Shown piece after piece: positions 35,301-45,963 of a stretch of 64,000 nt of DNA. Position 1 is the stretch's first letter, and each line of letters opens with the position of its first letter. Source of the DNA: Histomonas meleagridis 2922-C6/04-290x. Lineage: Eukaryota > Protista > Parabasalia. The notes below the pieces were generated by a model. It did no database searches and had not been told where the DNA came from. It saw only the letters and a program-made list of their open reading frames with translations. The DNA lies in NCBI GenBank assembly GCA_020184695.1, contig JAANOX010000242.1:124001-188000 (forward strand), in the 5' to 3' direction. Made by a program: the position numbers and the translations under genes.

Positions 35301-35417
35301 TGTTGATTGTGGATCATTATAATAATTTAAAATAATATTAAGTATTGCATCTCTATCAGCTTGACTTGTGTCTGGCGCTAATGATTTTATATAAAGATCT
35401 CTAAGATTTTCAGCCAT
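32376..35417 (-). CDS. Importin-beta family HEAT-repeat protein (importin-4-like)
   Basis: 1013 aa; N-terminal IBN-like LRHFAAIELGKSLKINW; acidic loop; HEAT periodicity. Confidence 0.8.
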   Translation of the reverse strand: MAENLRDLYIKSLAPDTSQADRDAILNIILNYYNDPQSTLTIIDLLNNEANDTLRHFAAIELGKSLKINWKKELSKSQFLEPIKSNILNLFFKETIPLIRHRLVYSCRPIFRTEAERWPQFFEMITKLISDDKQINSIEFALYSLSHIAPHLAPNTISSNLPFFVSLIMNAYTISDQNLLSTACGFCSVLLSTDGLESEGLNLLLPPFQTMLQIFSQSFLQGDERFIIQIAEKVCFAMDKSQFPIPTNAILEILYANVPLNPIYAYGPIIDLISAHGQELIPQIPQIIEQTLLIASQLFVDGSYKDNENSMYILVALEKLSTKVKSRIFLNQLLSKLSTNSPQEAIISAMALSRIISTTSESILKHISEISRFILLVFQIDHICAKEVSIDIIGELAKLLEEGQSDIGSQFIGLLINVLTIDNVDILRMALQSLKKLLMCCDIPINLIEPCISVLSRLYQVQFNLPLIFDVISYLIFSSGEDITPYIQQLLPIIFQAASIPEEQDPILKANAIEALSNIIRFSDNINEIFIPSMQLLLQSCQTNDYDIRSSVMSSLSNILTRDIPEIETFSVPIQTLITSIITEEITQDENTNNNNNEENENDDEDDEEMEMLFAGNQSQINSMINTFLLMKNIFKRCHCLIPSDPTQWLSFCYVYMDSITEDLVVASTLAATYIHLLYPQINATQFFTIILKHFDEEDGAINVSTCFKVFSRFLENGYNLPDDLIMESIKYGKIGLNNKLECQNEETDNSEKAFLTLSMQIYRFFATIATKIPNIFPINEFLDHRKHVESEFELSQYIGVLRQYYINFLNNIPSLQKKFILKAFIDNISICNFTVIPEPIIAIREVIDNEPNLMLQKIPEILQKVDILLFEQENSGQLHYWATMTDVISLLCSLMLKFPQNFDFNKYLPKMLTLLPVKGDEMEAQHIYQSLLMLIQNIPDIAKVFLKEFLRVFVQTLAYKEKVLGSFKLNEQTLRQMIQFVKETIQGCPEVIGEFIGDQASINRFQQRMSSF

Positions 35418-35696
35418 TTTCTTTGGTCATTAAATTCTGTGTTCATTGAATTCAGTGTAAAGTATTCAACATATTTCACTTCATTTTTTGATTTGGTTCA
35501 CTTTTTGATTCATCCACTTTTATTTTAACAATATTCAACTTATTCACTGCAAATATTACTACGAAAATGAATTTTTTCTATTGAAAGAAAGAAATTTAGT
35601 AAATTATTATTAATCGAAATCACAAAATAAGAAATTTTAAGAATTCTTTATTAATAAACATTTGTTGATCATGTTTAAAACATTAGAGCATTTTTC

Positions 35697-36923
35697 TTAG
35701 TTCAAGCTCCAAATTGTTTTATCTAATCCATTCATCCAATTACCACTTATTTTCTGTTTTGGTTGTGCTTTACACGTTTCGACTGTTTCCCTTAAGTTAA
35801 ATGATCCGAAGTCTGCAGGTATCCTTCTTTGACCGAGTGTTTTTGCAGCTTCAGCGATTGCTGGCACAGAACTATTTCGCAGTGCTCTTACTTCCCATAA
35901 AGTCTGTGGTTTACAATCTTCTAATTTCCCATCGACATCAGATACAGGCGCATCGATTGGTTCTAAAAGTGCTTCAACACATTCATGTGCACGAACCAAA
36001 TATTGTAATAATCCTAAAATATCTAATTGAGTATTAACTGGAACCCTTAAAAGCATTCGTGATAATTTAACAGCAAATGCTGTAGGTATTCCGGTTTGAA
36101 GTGTTTTAGAAGATAAAACACGTGATAACATATCAAAAAATTTGGCACTTTTCGGTGACGATAGGGATTCGGGTGAAATGGAATTGAACGCGATCGAATA
36201 GAACTCGGGAACATCGACTGCACGGTCGATCGAGACTTCAACAAGATAAGGAGTGGAAAGAGATGCAATTGTGGGGCCTCTGTTGACGTTTTCATGGAGA
36301 AAATCAAATGTGATAAGAGGATCATCAACTCGTGAGAGAACATTATCAAAACCTTCAATAAGGATGTGGAGCTCATCGTCTGTGAGATCGGGAAGTTTAA
36401 TAAAATTCTTGAAAAGATCTGAGAAAAATGAAGATGGATGTGGATTTGGAAATCCTGTGGAAATAACACGAAGTGCAATTTTGCGTTTTTCAATTATGTT
36501 TTCTGAAAGTTTCTGGTAAACACAGTTTTGGAAATTTGCTAAACTAAGAACAGAAGGATCTGTAATTAAATCAGATTCAATAAAAATATAAGCACATGCT
36601 GAATTTAAATTTGCGCCTTCTATGAGTAGATTTGATATTGCTTGTGCTACTGTTTCATTAATAGGAAATGCAGTTGAGTTAAGATAATTACAAAATGCTA
36701 AATACTTGCCATCAATAAATGAATAAACTTGACGTTGTATTGGGGTTGGATATTTTTTGTGACTTGCAAAAGGAAGCATACCTGTTTGAAGATGACGAAT
36801 AAAAAAAGATGACAATTCAGATACTGCATCATCAAATTCTGCACCATTAGATGTTACAATAGAAACAATTTGGTCTAAATTTCGAATTCCTTCATCTGTT
36901 GCTAAAGCACCAACGATCGACAT
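35697..36923 (-). CDS. CBF/Mak21-domain nucleolar protein (Noc4-like)
   Basis: AFAVKLSRMLL...ILGLLQYLVRAH...QTLWEVRALRNSSVPAIAEAA resembles the CBF domain end; first ATG 36923. Confidence 0.65.
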   Translation of the reverse strand: MSIVGALATDEGIRNLDQIVSIVTSNGAEFDDAVSELSSFFIRHLQTGMLPFASHKKYPTPIQRQVYSFIDGKYLAFCNYLNSTAFPINETVAQAISNLLIEGANLNSACAYIFIESDLITDPSVLSLANFQNCVYQKLSENIIEKRKIALRVISTGFPNPHPSSFFSDLFKNFIKLPDLTDDELHILIEGFDNVLSRVDDPLITFDFLHENVNRGPTIASLSTPYLVEVSIDRAVDVPEFYSIAFNSISPESLSSPKSAKFFDMLSRVLSSKTLQTGIPTAFAVKLSRMLLRVPVNTQLDILGLLQYLVRAHECVEALLEPIDAPVSDVDGKLEDCKPQTLWEVRALRNSSVPAIAEAAKTLGQRRIPADFGSFNLRETVETCKAQPKQKISGNWMNGLDKTIWSLN

Positions 36924-37210
36924 TTTTGTGGTCGGCAGGAACAAACGTTCTCCATATCCATTTTCTTAATTTTTTCACAGATCCCGTTCAGTTCTATCTT
37001 GAATGAGAATAAAAATTTTGATTTGTAGTTACTGATTCTTCTAATTATTTGCTTTTGACAACATATTATTATTTACTAATTTTTCATTATATATCTGGTA
37101 TTATGAAATGAATTCCCTTTTTTGTTGTTGTAAACATTTAGTAAACATAACATACTTCTCACAATTTTTTTAAAAAATCACAATTAAAATATTTCAAATT
37201 AGCATCTGGT

Positions 37211-37786
37211 TTATTTCTTGTGCTTGGCTGCTTCCTTGGCTTTGATGGATGCTCTCCATGCTTTGTGAGCTGCTTGCTTGGTCTTAAATAATTCTGCCTT
37301 CTTTTCTTCATCCTTGATTACTCTCCATGTAACTTTTTGATCTTGCTTTGGAAGTGCGAAAAGAGATGGAATGGATTCACCTGCTGGAAGTTTTTCAGTC
37401 TTAGTGTGAACACGAACCATCTTTGCCTTATATGCTTTAAGGCGTTCGATGTTAGCTTGTTTGATTTCATCCTTTGTATGAACACGGAATTTATCCATTG
37501 CAATACCCATGAATCTAGCGCGTGATGGTTCAAATCCAGCAGCCTTAACTTCTTCAACTGTGAAACCACGACCAAGCCTTACCTTGCGGTTGTAGCGTAC
37601 TGTTGGGCAGTGAACAAGTGGACGGAGTGGTCCTTCAACTGGACGTGGAGCAATTTTCTTTGCACGAATTGCTCTTGCGATTTGCCTCCTCTTCTTACGG
37701 GCTGGGTCATCAAAATAGAACTTAATACGACGGAACCAATCCTTACGAAGGTGATCATTTGGAACTCTGTTGTTTTTGCAAACCAT
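37211..37786 (-). CDS. RPL13: 60S ribosomal protein L13 (eL13)
   Basis: HLRKDW..IKFYFDDPARKKRR, APRPVEGPLRPLVHCPTVRYNRKVRLGRGFT. Confidence 0.96.
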   Translation of the reverse strand: MVCKNNRVPNDHLRKDWFRRIKFYFDDPARKKRRQIARAIRAKKIAPRPVEGPLRPLVHCPTVRYNRKVRLGRGFTVEEVKAAGFEPSRARFMGIAMDKFRVHTKDEIKQANIERLKAYKAKMVRVHTKTEKLPAGESIPSLFALPKQDQKVTWRVIKDEEKKAELFKTKQAAHKAWRASIKAKEAAKHKK

Positions 37787-37796
37787 CTAAGCAGAA

Positions 37797-37834
37797 AAAG
37801 GTCAGACCAAGTCTAACCGTAAATTAACCGGTTA
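37797..37834 (-). promoter_or_regulatory. RPL13 core promoter: CCTTT (M5-like) plus Myb-type CGGTTA sites
   Basis: CCTTT 11-15 nt upstream of ATG, ACGGTTA and ACCGGTTA just upstream; resembles the Inr-independent promoters of trichomonad ribosomal protein genes. Confidence 0.5.
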
Positions 37835-37890
37835 TGAAAATTTCAAAATAAACCATTCAAAGTTCAAAAATTAAAATGTTCATTTCGAAA

Positions 37891-38706
37891 TTAATATGGA
37901 AATTTATTTAAAGAACAGCTGCCAATTGGCAGTAATGCATTCCGGTTTGGTGGGTATTTTGATGAAAACATTTTCTTATATGCAATATGAACATCAAGCG
38001 ACCGTGAAATTAGATTACTTGTGTGTAAAAACCAAAGTACAAACGCAGCAAATGACGCTTTGAAAAAGAAACAGTAAACAGTCCATGAAAAGATTTCACT
38101 TGCATAATTTGGACAACTAATGAGATGAAAAAGTAAATTGCCAGGAATTCTATATCCCGTTTCCCCAGCTGTTCTTAAAAAGCATAGAATGTAGTCATGA
38201 ATTGATGCTAATGATTCGGAGGCGATAAATAAAATTGTTAAAATAATTTTAAAAATAATATTTTTCCGAGTAGTATCAAATACAACTAAGCAAGCATTAA
38301 TATAACTAGCCAATATGGTTCTTAATGAATAATATAAAACACTTTTAATTGGCCATGGCTTTGAATTACTACTCCTAAACAATGAGTAAATGAGAACTCG
38401 ATGAATGTAATGCACTGAATACAAAATTAATGGAAACGTCATTCTATGATAAGATAATCCGAAGTAAATTAAATAAAAAATAAAAGGCCCACACCCATGA
38501 ACAAAAATAAATGCAATTCTGTCTTCTATTTCTGTGTTCTTTAAATTTCTTACATAAGTTTTTCCGTATGGAAATTTAATATATTTACGAAAAACTAATA
38601 AACTACCTGCGAAAATTGACGAGCATTTGACAATATTATCGAAGACATTTGGTGATGTGAGTTCTTTGATAACAGATTTCCAAATGAGCACATTGTTTGA
38701 ACCCAT
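37891..38706 (-). CDS. 3-oxo-5-alpha-steroid 4-dehydrogenase (steroid 5-alpha-reductase) family
   Basis: HYIHRVLIY, GETGYRIPGNLLFHLISCPNYASEIFSW, YPPNRNALLP. Confidence 0.88.
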   Translation of the reverse strand: MGSNNVLIWKSVIKELTSPNVFDNIVKCSSIFAGSLLVFRKYIKFPYGKTYVRNLKNTEIEDRIAFIFVHGCGPFIFYLIYFGLSYHRMTFPLILYSVHYIHRVLIYSLFRSSNSKPWPIKSVLYYSLRTILASYINACLVVFDTTRKNIIFKIILTILFIASESLASIHDYILCFLRTAGETGYRIPGNLLFHLISCPNYASEIFSWTVYCFFFKASFAAFVLWFLHTSNLISRSLDVHIAYKKMFSSKYPPNRNALLPIGSCSLNKFPY

Positions 38707-38876
38707 TTGAATTTTGCCAATAAAAACCGTCACATTCTAAAGTTTATAAAACGGCTTTTCGATAGTTTTTTGGGGAATCCGTTATCTGTAAAATAAAAAA
38801 ATTTAACACGAAGTAAATCGACCCAAAGCCAATTCTAAAGTTTACATAATCTTTATAAAATACATCCCACAGATAT

Positions 38877-41180
38877 ATGTCTACAAAAAGGACAATCATG
38901 ATGCCATTTGAGTATAACAAACTAAATGGTACCTCAAATTACAATAAAATCAAAAAAGCAAGTCAAACCCAAAATCATAATTGGCTGAAATTTGAAAGGA
39001 AACGAAATTCAACAAGAATCGAACATCTTTTTATCATTGTTCAAAGGAAGAAGTATAATTACATAATTTTTTTCCTTTGCTTTTTTTTATCAATCATAGT
39101 ATTTATCATCTTTTATTTACTTTCAGTTGGAATGGATCATGATAATGAACAATCTTATGCTTTTAATGTTTCTCAAATTATTTTTTCTATGTCAATTCAA
39201 CAAATCAACAATCTTATATATGATACAATAGTTCTATCTAACTTTTTTATGAATTATTATTTTGCAACCGATTTTTTCCCACTTAACCTCAATAATTCAC
39301 GAACCATTTTAAATGCATTTCTTTCAGCACGAATCTCCAATTTTCAATTTGGTAATAAAATTAACTTTGCAAGGCCTGATGGCTTTATTATTGGTTGTCG
39401 TTACTATAATCGAACCAATGGGAAAATTTATTATCTTAATGAATCAGGAGGTACAGTCAAACAATGGAATACTCATTTTAATGAACTAAACGAATCATTT
39501 CCATATGGTGAGCCAAGCGAAACATTTCCTGATACCCTTACAAGCTCATTATGGTTTCGGGAAGCGATTGAATCGAAATTTATCGGCGCGACGACCGTTT
39601 ATTACAGTAAAGAATTTCCGCAAATTTCAATTTATTCGTCTACATCAACTGAACCTAAATCCATAGTTTCCATAGATATGCCAGTTAGTCGTTTACGTAA
39701 TGCTTTAGCTAACATACCCATTAATTCACAATCACGAATTGTTGTTTATGATAATGAAAACAAAGTTATAGCCGTTCGAAGTTATCAAGTTTTAAACAAT
39801 TTACTTAATTCATTTGATGACATTGATGATAACATTATCCAATGTGCATATTCACAAGGGCTCTTTACGTCCACACCAATCGAAACCACGTTTACATGTG
39901 ATGGACAAGAAATGGAATTTTTATCATCGATAATACCAATTGTTAATTGGTCCGTTGGGATGATCATTAATTTTGATGGCATTACTTCCAATTTTGGCGA
40001 TGATTACACGATCACATTTGTAATTTTATTATTTGTATTTATTGGCGTTTGGGTTTTCATTGTTGCGATATTATATGTAATTAAAAGTTCATTATCGAAA
40101 GTGCCCTCGAAAATTATGGACAAAGAGAAACATATTCTCAACTTAAAGCCGAATGGTATACCAATGGCAGTGATTGAGTTAAGACGAGCGCTTTTAGCGC
40201 ATAATAAGAATCGAATTATTACTGATTCGATTGGAAACACAATAACATCATTGAATGAATCTTGTGGGAAATTAAACTTCGAATATACGCAAATCAATGA
40301 TGGAATACCACATTTTGGTGCATATCAAAAGATGTTACAACAATTTTGTTTAAATGAGGAATATAATTTTTTGGTAACGAAACCTCAAAATAAAAATTAT
40401 GATTCAAATGAAATACCAAAAAAAATATTAAAATTAATTACAAATTATCATAAAATATTCGAATTGAAATTAGAATTAAAAATCGATTTGGTGATTTCAA
40501 TCGTATTAAAAACAAATACTTTCTTCAAGAAAAAAAGATTAAAAATGTTTTTGGGAAATTGTTTAAAACATATTTCAGAACTAAATTTTCCGATTTTTTT
40601 CGACTCGATTTTGTTCTTCGATTTAATTTATAAATATAAAATTAATTCATTCGTAAATAACTCCGATTTATTATTAGTAATTTATTTTCTGATTATATCG
40701 TTCCATGTATCTATGAATAAAAATAGAAATAATGAAGAAATCATAGAAAGATTCTTTTTAAAGGATACAAAAAAAATTAAAAAAATTGTTAAACAAATTT
40801 TCGAAAAATTATTTCCTTATAAAACGGTTAACGATGAAAACCGTTGGAAATGCATGTTAACGTTCGCTTATAAGTTAATTGATGTTACACCAATTGATAA
40901 ACAATTCTCAATAATATCTGAAACAAATTATTATTTGGTCGAGAAATATCAGTTAAATTATAATGAAACTTTACTTTTGGTGAAATTTGTTTATATAACT
41001 TCATTAAATTCGTTCTTTTGTAATAAGGAAATTATTATAAACGAAGTAATGAAAATATTAAAATTGGATAATAATGACGAGGCAAAGCAATGTATGGCTA
41101 AATGGGTGATAATACCATTGCTGTCAACATTGTGCCAAATTGTCGGTCAGGAATTCGTTGCAAAATTAAAAGGCGGCTGA
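38877..41180 (+). CDS. Two-TM protein with Cache-like extracellular domain and degenerate helical (PDE-like) cytosolic region
   Basis: TM ~aa 60-83 and ~380-400; SSLWFREA...IVSIDMPVSRLRNAL...IVVYD (Cache-like); PDE metal-binding His residues not recognisable. Confidence 0.55.
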   Translation: MSTKRTIMMPFEYNKLNGTSNYNKIKKASQTQNHNWLKFERKRNSTRIEHLFIIVQRKKYNYIIFFLCFFLSIIVFIIFYLLSVGMDHDNEQSYAFNVSQIIFSMSIQQINNLIYDTIVLSNFFMNYYFATDFFPLNLNNSRTILNAFLSARISNFQFGNKINFARPDGFIIGCRYYNRTNGKIYYLNESGGTVKQWNTHFNELNESFPYGEPSETFPDTLTSSLWFREAIESKFIGATTVYYSKEFPQISIYSSTSTEPKSIVSIDMPVSRLRNALANIPINSQSRIVVYDNENKVIAVRSYQVLNNLLNSFDDIDDNIIQCAYSQGLFTSTPIETTFTCDGQEMEFLSSIIPIVNWSVGMIINFDGITSNFGDDYTITFVILLFVFIGVWVFIVAILYVIKSSLSKVPSKIMDKEKHILNLKPNGIPMAVIELRRALLAHNKNRIITDSIGNTITSLNESCGKLNFEYTQINDGIPHFGAYQKMLQQFCLNEEYNFLVTKPQNKNYDSNEIPKKILKLITNYHKIFELKLELKIDLVISIVLKTNTFFKKKRLKMFLGNCLKHISELNFPIFFDSILFFDLIYKYKINSFVNNSDLLLVIYFLIISFHVSMNKNRNNEEIIERFFLKDTKKIKKIVKQIFEKLFPYKTVNDENRWKCMLTFAYKLIDVTPIDKQFSIISETNYYLVEKYQLNYNETLLLVKFVYITSLNSFFCNKEIIINEVMKILKLDNNDEAKQCMAKWVIIPLLSTLCQIVGQEFVAKLKGG

Positions 41181-41531
41181 ATGGAATCAATAAATGTTTC
41201 TATGTGAAATTTTTTAATTATTTTTAAATGAATATAATAAAAGATTCAAAAAAAATTATGTGCTACACATAATGTTTTTGAGAGTAAAGAACATGATTTA
41301 TGAATTCTTTAGTTCAGATATAATTATTTAATTTCATCTTTCCTTAAAAATCTTTTTTAGATCAATAAATTAATTGTCCATAATAATTTAATAATAATTT
41401 ATTTTCCTTGCTAATTAAATAATATTATGTTATTACTAACTGACATATGATAAAATTTGAAAAACAAAAACAATAAGAAACACATTTAAACTTATTATCA
41501 AAATAATTAAAAAAATTAAAATTTGTAAAGT

Positions 41532-42271
41532 TTAATCTGACACCGCATCAACATATTCAACGTCCAAATGATCTTCGAACGATTTAGCCATACCGGATGG
41601 TGGAGGTAGAGACGATGGCATTTGCTCCTTTGGTTGTAATAATTCGGATGACGCGTTTGATTTCGTTCTTCTTTTCCTTGCTTTTCGCGGAAGTTTTTTC
41701 TCTTCTTTCATTAGCGCAATGATATAATCGTCGAGCTCCAATTCTTCGTTTGTGGCACTGATGATTTCGGGATGCACAACGAGATGAGAACAGAATTCGG
41801 CGATCGATGTGATATCTGAACAAAATTGTTTTGAAATACCATCAAATAAGGATAACAATGCAATACGGAAAAGATTGGATTCTTGATGGAATTTCGTAAG
41901 CTCTTGGGAAAAGGCAATAACAGATTCTTTCTCGGCTAATAAATTTTCAGGAGTATCTTCTTTTTTAACAGCAGCAAGTTTCGCTTGATAATCATCAAAT
42001 TTTTCAATGGATGCATTAAGGCGTTTAATGACTTGATCTGATTGAAGAAGAAGAGGTTCTAAGGCATTTGAATAATTTTGGAAGACTTTCGAGAGCTTGA
42101 TCCCAACGGCACCAAATTTCATATACATCTCTTGAAGTTTTTCGGGGGATGAAGCTGCTAATGTCAATAGAGACTTGGTAAAAAAGTGATTTATTTCTTT
42201 AATTAATTGTTTTATACATCCGATGTGCTTTTTTAGTTTACTCTGGTATCAGAAAAAAAACATACTATCAT
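41532..42271 (-). CDS. Helical (BAR-like) hypothetical protein, two exons (42271-42266, 42242-41532)
   Basis: ATG ATA + 23-nt GT-AG intron + AGT AAA CTA... gives MISKLKKHIGCIKQLIKE... in frame with the track ORF. Confidence 0.75.
42243..42265 (-). other. Canonical short spliceosomal intron (23 nt)
   Basis: GTATGTTTTTTTTCTGATACCAG: GTATGT donor, CTGAT branch-like motif, CAG acceptor; contains a TGA; removal supplies the otherwise missing ATG. Confidence 0.8.
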
Positions 42272-43066
42272 GGAATTAAAATATTTAATGTCAAATGTTT
42301 GAGCAACAACAGACTGCTTCTTCATTTTGATTTTAAATTGCACAATTTTGGGGCGCCTTAAAAATTTAAAACGTTTTGAGGCGATTTTTTGTGTAAAAGC
42401 GGTTGAACCATCGGCAAATACTTTTTAATAAACTAATTAAATGTTGAGACTGCCTGAAACCAACTTAAAAGTTTTAGCATTTTTTCCCATTTGAAATGGT
42501 GTATAATGTTAAGTTACTTAGAAGTGCAAATTTAAAATTATATTTTAATGTTTAAATAATCAAAAAAATTATTAAATTTGACATTCTATTTTTAACAATA
42601 ATTATAAAACCATATATGCAATGACATCGAAATAGCGATACTAAAAATTAAATGGTATTTGCTCAGAGTGGCACTTGCTCGATTTTTTTTTTTTTATTTT
42701 GCACAATGCTTTATCTGACATTGATTTAAAATTTCTGAACTTTATTTTTATGCATATGTCTTGAATGTGTAATCGGTCTATTCACTTTCAACAGTCATTT
42801 GATAGAAATGTGTCGGTTTGATACAAATTTTTCGTCATTCAACGGTTATCGACTCAATCATGTAAACTAGAAAATCTCTAACTATCAAAATAAAAATCAA
42901 AATATCTTATGAAAATATTGTGCTATCTTTTATTTAAAAAAATATTTTGCATAATAAATTATACATATTATTATAAATAAGTATTAAATAAATTTATCTT
43001 CTTCAAAGTAATATTTTTAAATTTTTTTTATTTTGGTTTTTCAATGATGAGTTCAAAATTTTTATT

Positions 43067-43637
43067 TTGTTAATGACAAAGATACAGCCAAGAACACGCT
43101 CAGCTTCCTTAGTAGCAAAGATTAAGTTTGGTGCAACAATACAATTAAAACCTATTCCAAAGGCTTCCTCAAGCTCGATAAATAGAAATAGGAGTCAATG
43201 CGTTTTCAAAATTCAATTAACTAAAAGCGTAACACCAAAGCACATATCGCTTCGTGAAAAACTCCGCTACATTAAAAATCAAAGAAGAAATGGAAGAGTT
43301 TGGACTCATTCATTACTTCCTCCAATTCCACCCGCAAAACAACAAACTAAATTCAACCGGTTCAGGCCTGAGAGAAGGAATGCACGAATTTGGTCTTGGA
43401 GATCCACCCTCACTAAGCCAATTGTTACTTATATCTTCACTAAAAAGATGCCACTCATTCAAATCAAAAATCAGCGCCGAAATGCACTTGTCTCAATACA
43501 CTGCGATAATAATAGCAATATTGATGAATGAAAAACGCCACATTCGAATGCCAATTTCGTGTCAACTTTTTCTAAACTTTACATTAATCGATTTTGCGTT
43601 GAAACAGAACAATGATTTTGTGTCTTTTCATATGTGA
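43067..43637 (+). pseudogene. Fragmented hypothetical gene
   Basis: Protein-like stretches in alternating frames with in-frame TAA/TAG. Confidence 0.25.
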
Positions 43638-44024
43638 AATTACCATGACTCCTTAAGGATTATGCAACAAACTCGGTTTTCTAAGTATTATCGTTTTGAA
43701 AATTCGATTAATTGAATCACATAAATTTTCTGAAATTGAAGTATTCACATATAATTTTTCGCCTTTTAGATTTTAGCTTCATTAACTTATCCTTTTAATT
43801 TGTGATATTATCTCCTTTGAGTTCGAAAATAAACAACATTTTGAAATAACCGTTCTGTAAACGATGACATAAGCTCACAATTGTGAAAAACGATTAAATA
43901 TATTTCATTTTAGATGACGATGGAATACTAATTTGAATTCTGGTAATGTGCCATAAGTTTTAATTGAATTTATATTGTCATTGATTTTTCATTGAATTTA
44001 AATTTTGCTGCTTACAACCAATTA

Positions 44025-44813
44025 ATGGATCCAGAAGCTTTTAAAAAACGAAATGAAGCATTATTACAAAAAAGGTTGGCTAGACAAAAAAGAATCCTTG
44101 AACTCAGGTCTTTAGAAAATGGTGAAAAACAAGAAAATCCAATTCAACAAAGCAAAGAAGTTAATACAAACATTCCAAAAGTTGTTGAAAAAAAAGAAGA
44201 ACAAGACAGCAAAGAATCTCAAACCAAAGAAATTAAAGAAGTAGATGTTCCAAAAGTTGATGAAAAGAAAGATAAAACACAAGACAACGAAGGTATGCCA
44301 CCTCAACAAGGAGAAAAATCAAATTGTGAGAAACAAAAAGAAGATGAAAAAGACATCCAAGAAAAATTTCAGAAAATTTCAGATGACATCAACAAAACAA
44401 ATTCAAATAACGCTCAAAAGTCAAATTCACATTCGTATTTACATGCACATCTTTCAAAACAAGACAATCGAAGCATTTTTGACACATTGACTAATAATGG
44501 GAAAATAAGTAGTGCACCTACACCGATGTTTTTACGCATTCCACAATTTCTCTGTTTTGTAATTTCTGCGTTTCTTTCGATTTTTGCTCCAGATTTTGGG
44601 TTGCTTTATTTAATTTTATCTGATTTCATTGCACATTTCTTAATGCCTTTTGTATTTAGTCCTAAGAAGCAAAGTTTACTTGTTGCATGCATTAAATGGT
44701 TAATTAATGGGTATAAAAGAATGCATATATATCTGTTAATAATATTAATGACAAGAGTATTTGTAAATATTTTCGATAAAAGCACACAAATAGAGCATGA
44801 GTTGTTTAAATAA
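44025..44813 (+). CDS. Hypothetical protein, charged N-terminus and C-terminal TM helices
   Basis: First ATG 44025 (MDPEAFKKRNE); hydrophobic segments in the last ~90 aa. Confidence 0.7.
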   Translation: MDPEAFKKRNEALLQKRLARQKRILELRSLENGEKQENPIQQSKEVNTNIPKVVEKKEEQDSKESQTKEIKEVDVPKVDEKKDKTQDNEGMPPQQGEKSNCEKQKEDEKDIQEKFQKISDDINKTNSNNAQKSNSHSYLHAHLSKQDNRSIFDTLTNNGKISSAPTPMFLRIPQFLCFVISAFLSIFAPDFGLLYLILSDFIAHFLMPFVFSPKKQSLLVACIKWLINGYKRMHIYLLIILMTRVFVNIFDKSTQIEHELFK

Positions 44814-45033
44814 AGTAATATCTTGTTATGCATTTAAAATTTTCTGATTATCTATTGCATAAAGAATGTGAATTAAAAAAATAAGACAAATACCATTTTT
44901 TTTCAACATGTAGTATTTCTGCACTTGTTGTTACAAAATTACTTTATAAACTCTTTTCCAAATGTAATGAAAGCGCAAAAAACATTTTCAGCAATGTAAA
45001 CGTTCGAAAGGTGTACGTTTATAATTTTCATAC

Positions 45034-45963
45034 ATGTCTATTTCCCAAGAACAATTAAATGCTCTCGAAAAAAGATTGCAACAAACTATAGACGAAAAAG
45101 TTAATAATCTTCGTGTCGAATTAATTTCGGAAGCACGCACAATAATTGAAAATTATCAAAGAAGTGATAAAACTGCAGCACGACTGCAAGATGCTCTTGA
45201 CAAGATCAAATCTGAAGTTCTTCGGGTTGTTCGTTCTTCAGTTGCTTCACAAATATCAGCAATTCGAGCTCAACAAGATCGTGAGTTATCGCAATTAACC
45301 ACTGCAGTTACCACAACTATCAGCGATCGCCTTCGATCACTCAAGTCCGAGGTTGCTGATTATTCTGCAAGTGAAAGAAATTCATCACGTAATTCCCAAG
45401 TTTCTTCTCTTGAACATCAAATTAAACTCTCTCTTCAGCAACTAGACACCACTAACACCAATTTCCAGCAACAACTTTCTAGTATCATTTCCATGATTCG
45501 AAAAGAGAAATCTGAGATCACTTCACGCGCCTCAGAAATTTCTCTTTCGCAATCACAAGTTGACGAAGAAGAGCGTAAAATCCGACATCTTCAAGCCGAA
45601 GTTGCAGCGCGCGAAAAACAGCTTGCTGAAGAGCGAAAATTTTTGCAACAACAAACCGAAGAATTTATGAAAGAAAAGCGACAAATTGAACGTTCGCGTG
45701 CAACGTCTGGAAGAAGAGGAGCACAAGATCGTGATCTTGAGAAGTCGATACTTCGCGAATTGGAAAGTATCCGAAGAAGCATCGGCGCATCAGAAGTTTC
45801 ATCAGTCGTCAGAGAGCTCAGAGACGAAGTTTCCGCGATCGCAAGGGAACGAGAAAAGCTGAGAAACGCAAGAGAAATGATGCAGAGGACACTGATGAAC
45901 GGGGGCGATATGTCGTATGGCGGATATCAAACAATGATCGACCCGCGGCAGTCAATGATGTGA
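45034..45963 (+). CDS. Coiled-coil protein
   Basis: 309-aa ORF, heptad E/Q/R/L pattern, typical codon usage. Confidence 0.8.
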   Translation: MSISQEQLNALEKRLQQTIDEKVNNLRVELISEARTIIENYQRSDKTAARLQDALDKIKSEVLRVVRSSVASQISAIRAQQDRELSQLTTAVTTTISDRLRSLKSEVADYSASERNSSRNSQVSSLEHQIKLSLQQLDTTNTNFQQQLSSIISMIRKEKSEITSRASEISLSQSQVDEEERKIRHLQAEVAAREKQLAEERKFLQQQTEEFMKEKRQIERSRATSGRRGAQDRDLEKSILRELESIRRSIGASEVSSVVRELRDEVSAIAREREKLRNAREMMQRTLMNGGDMSYGGYQTMIDPRQSMM

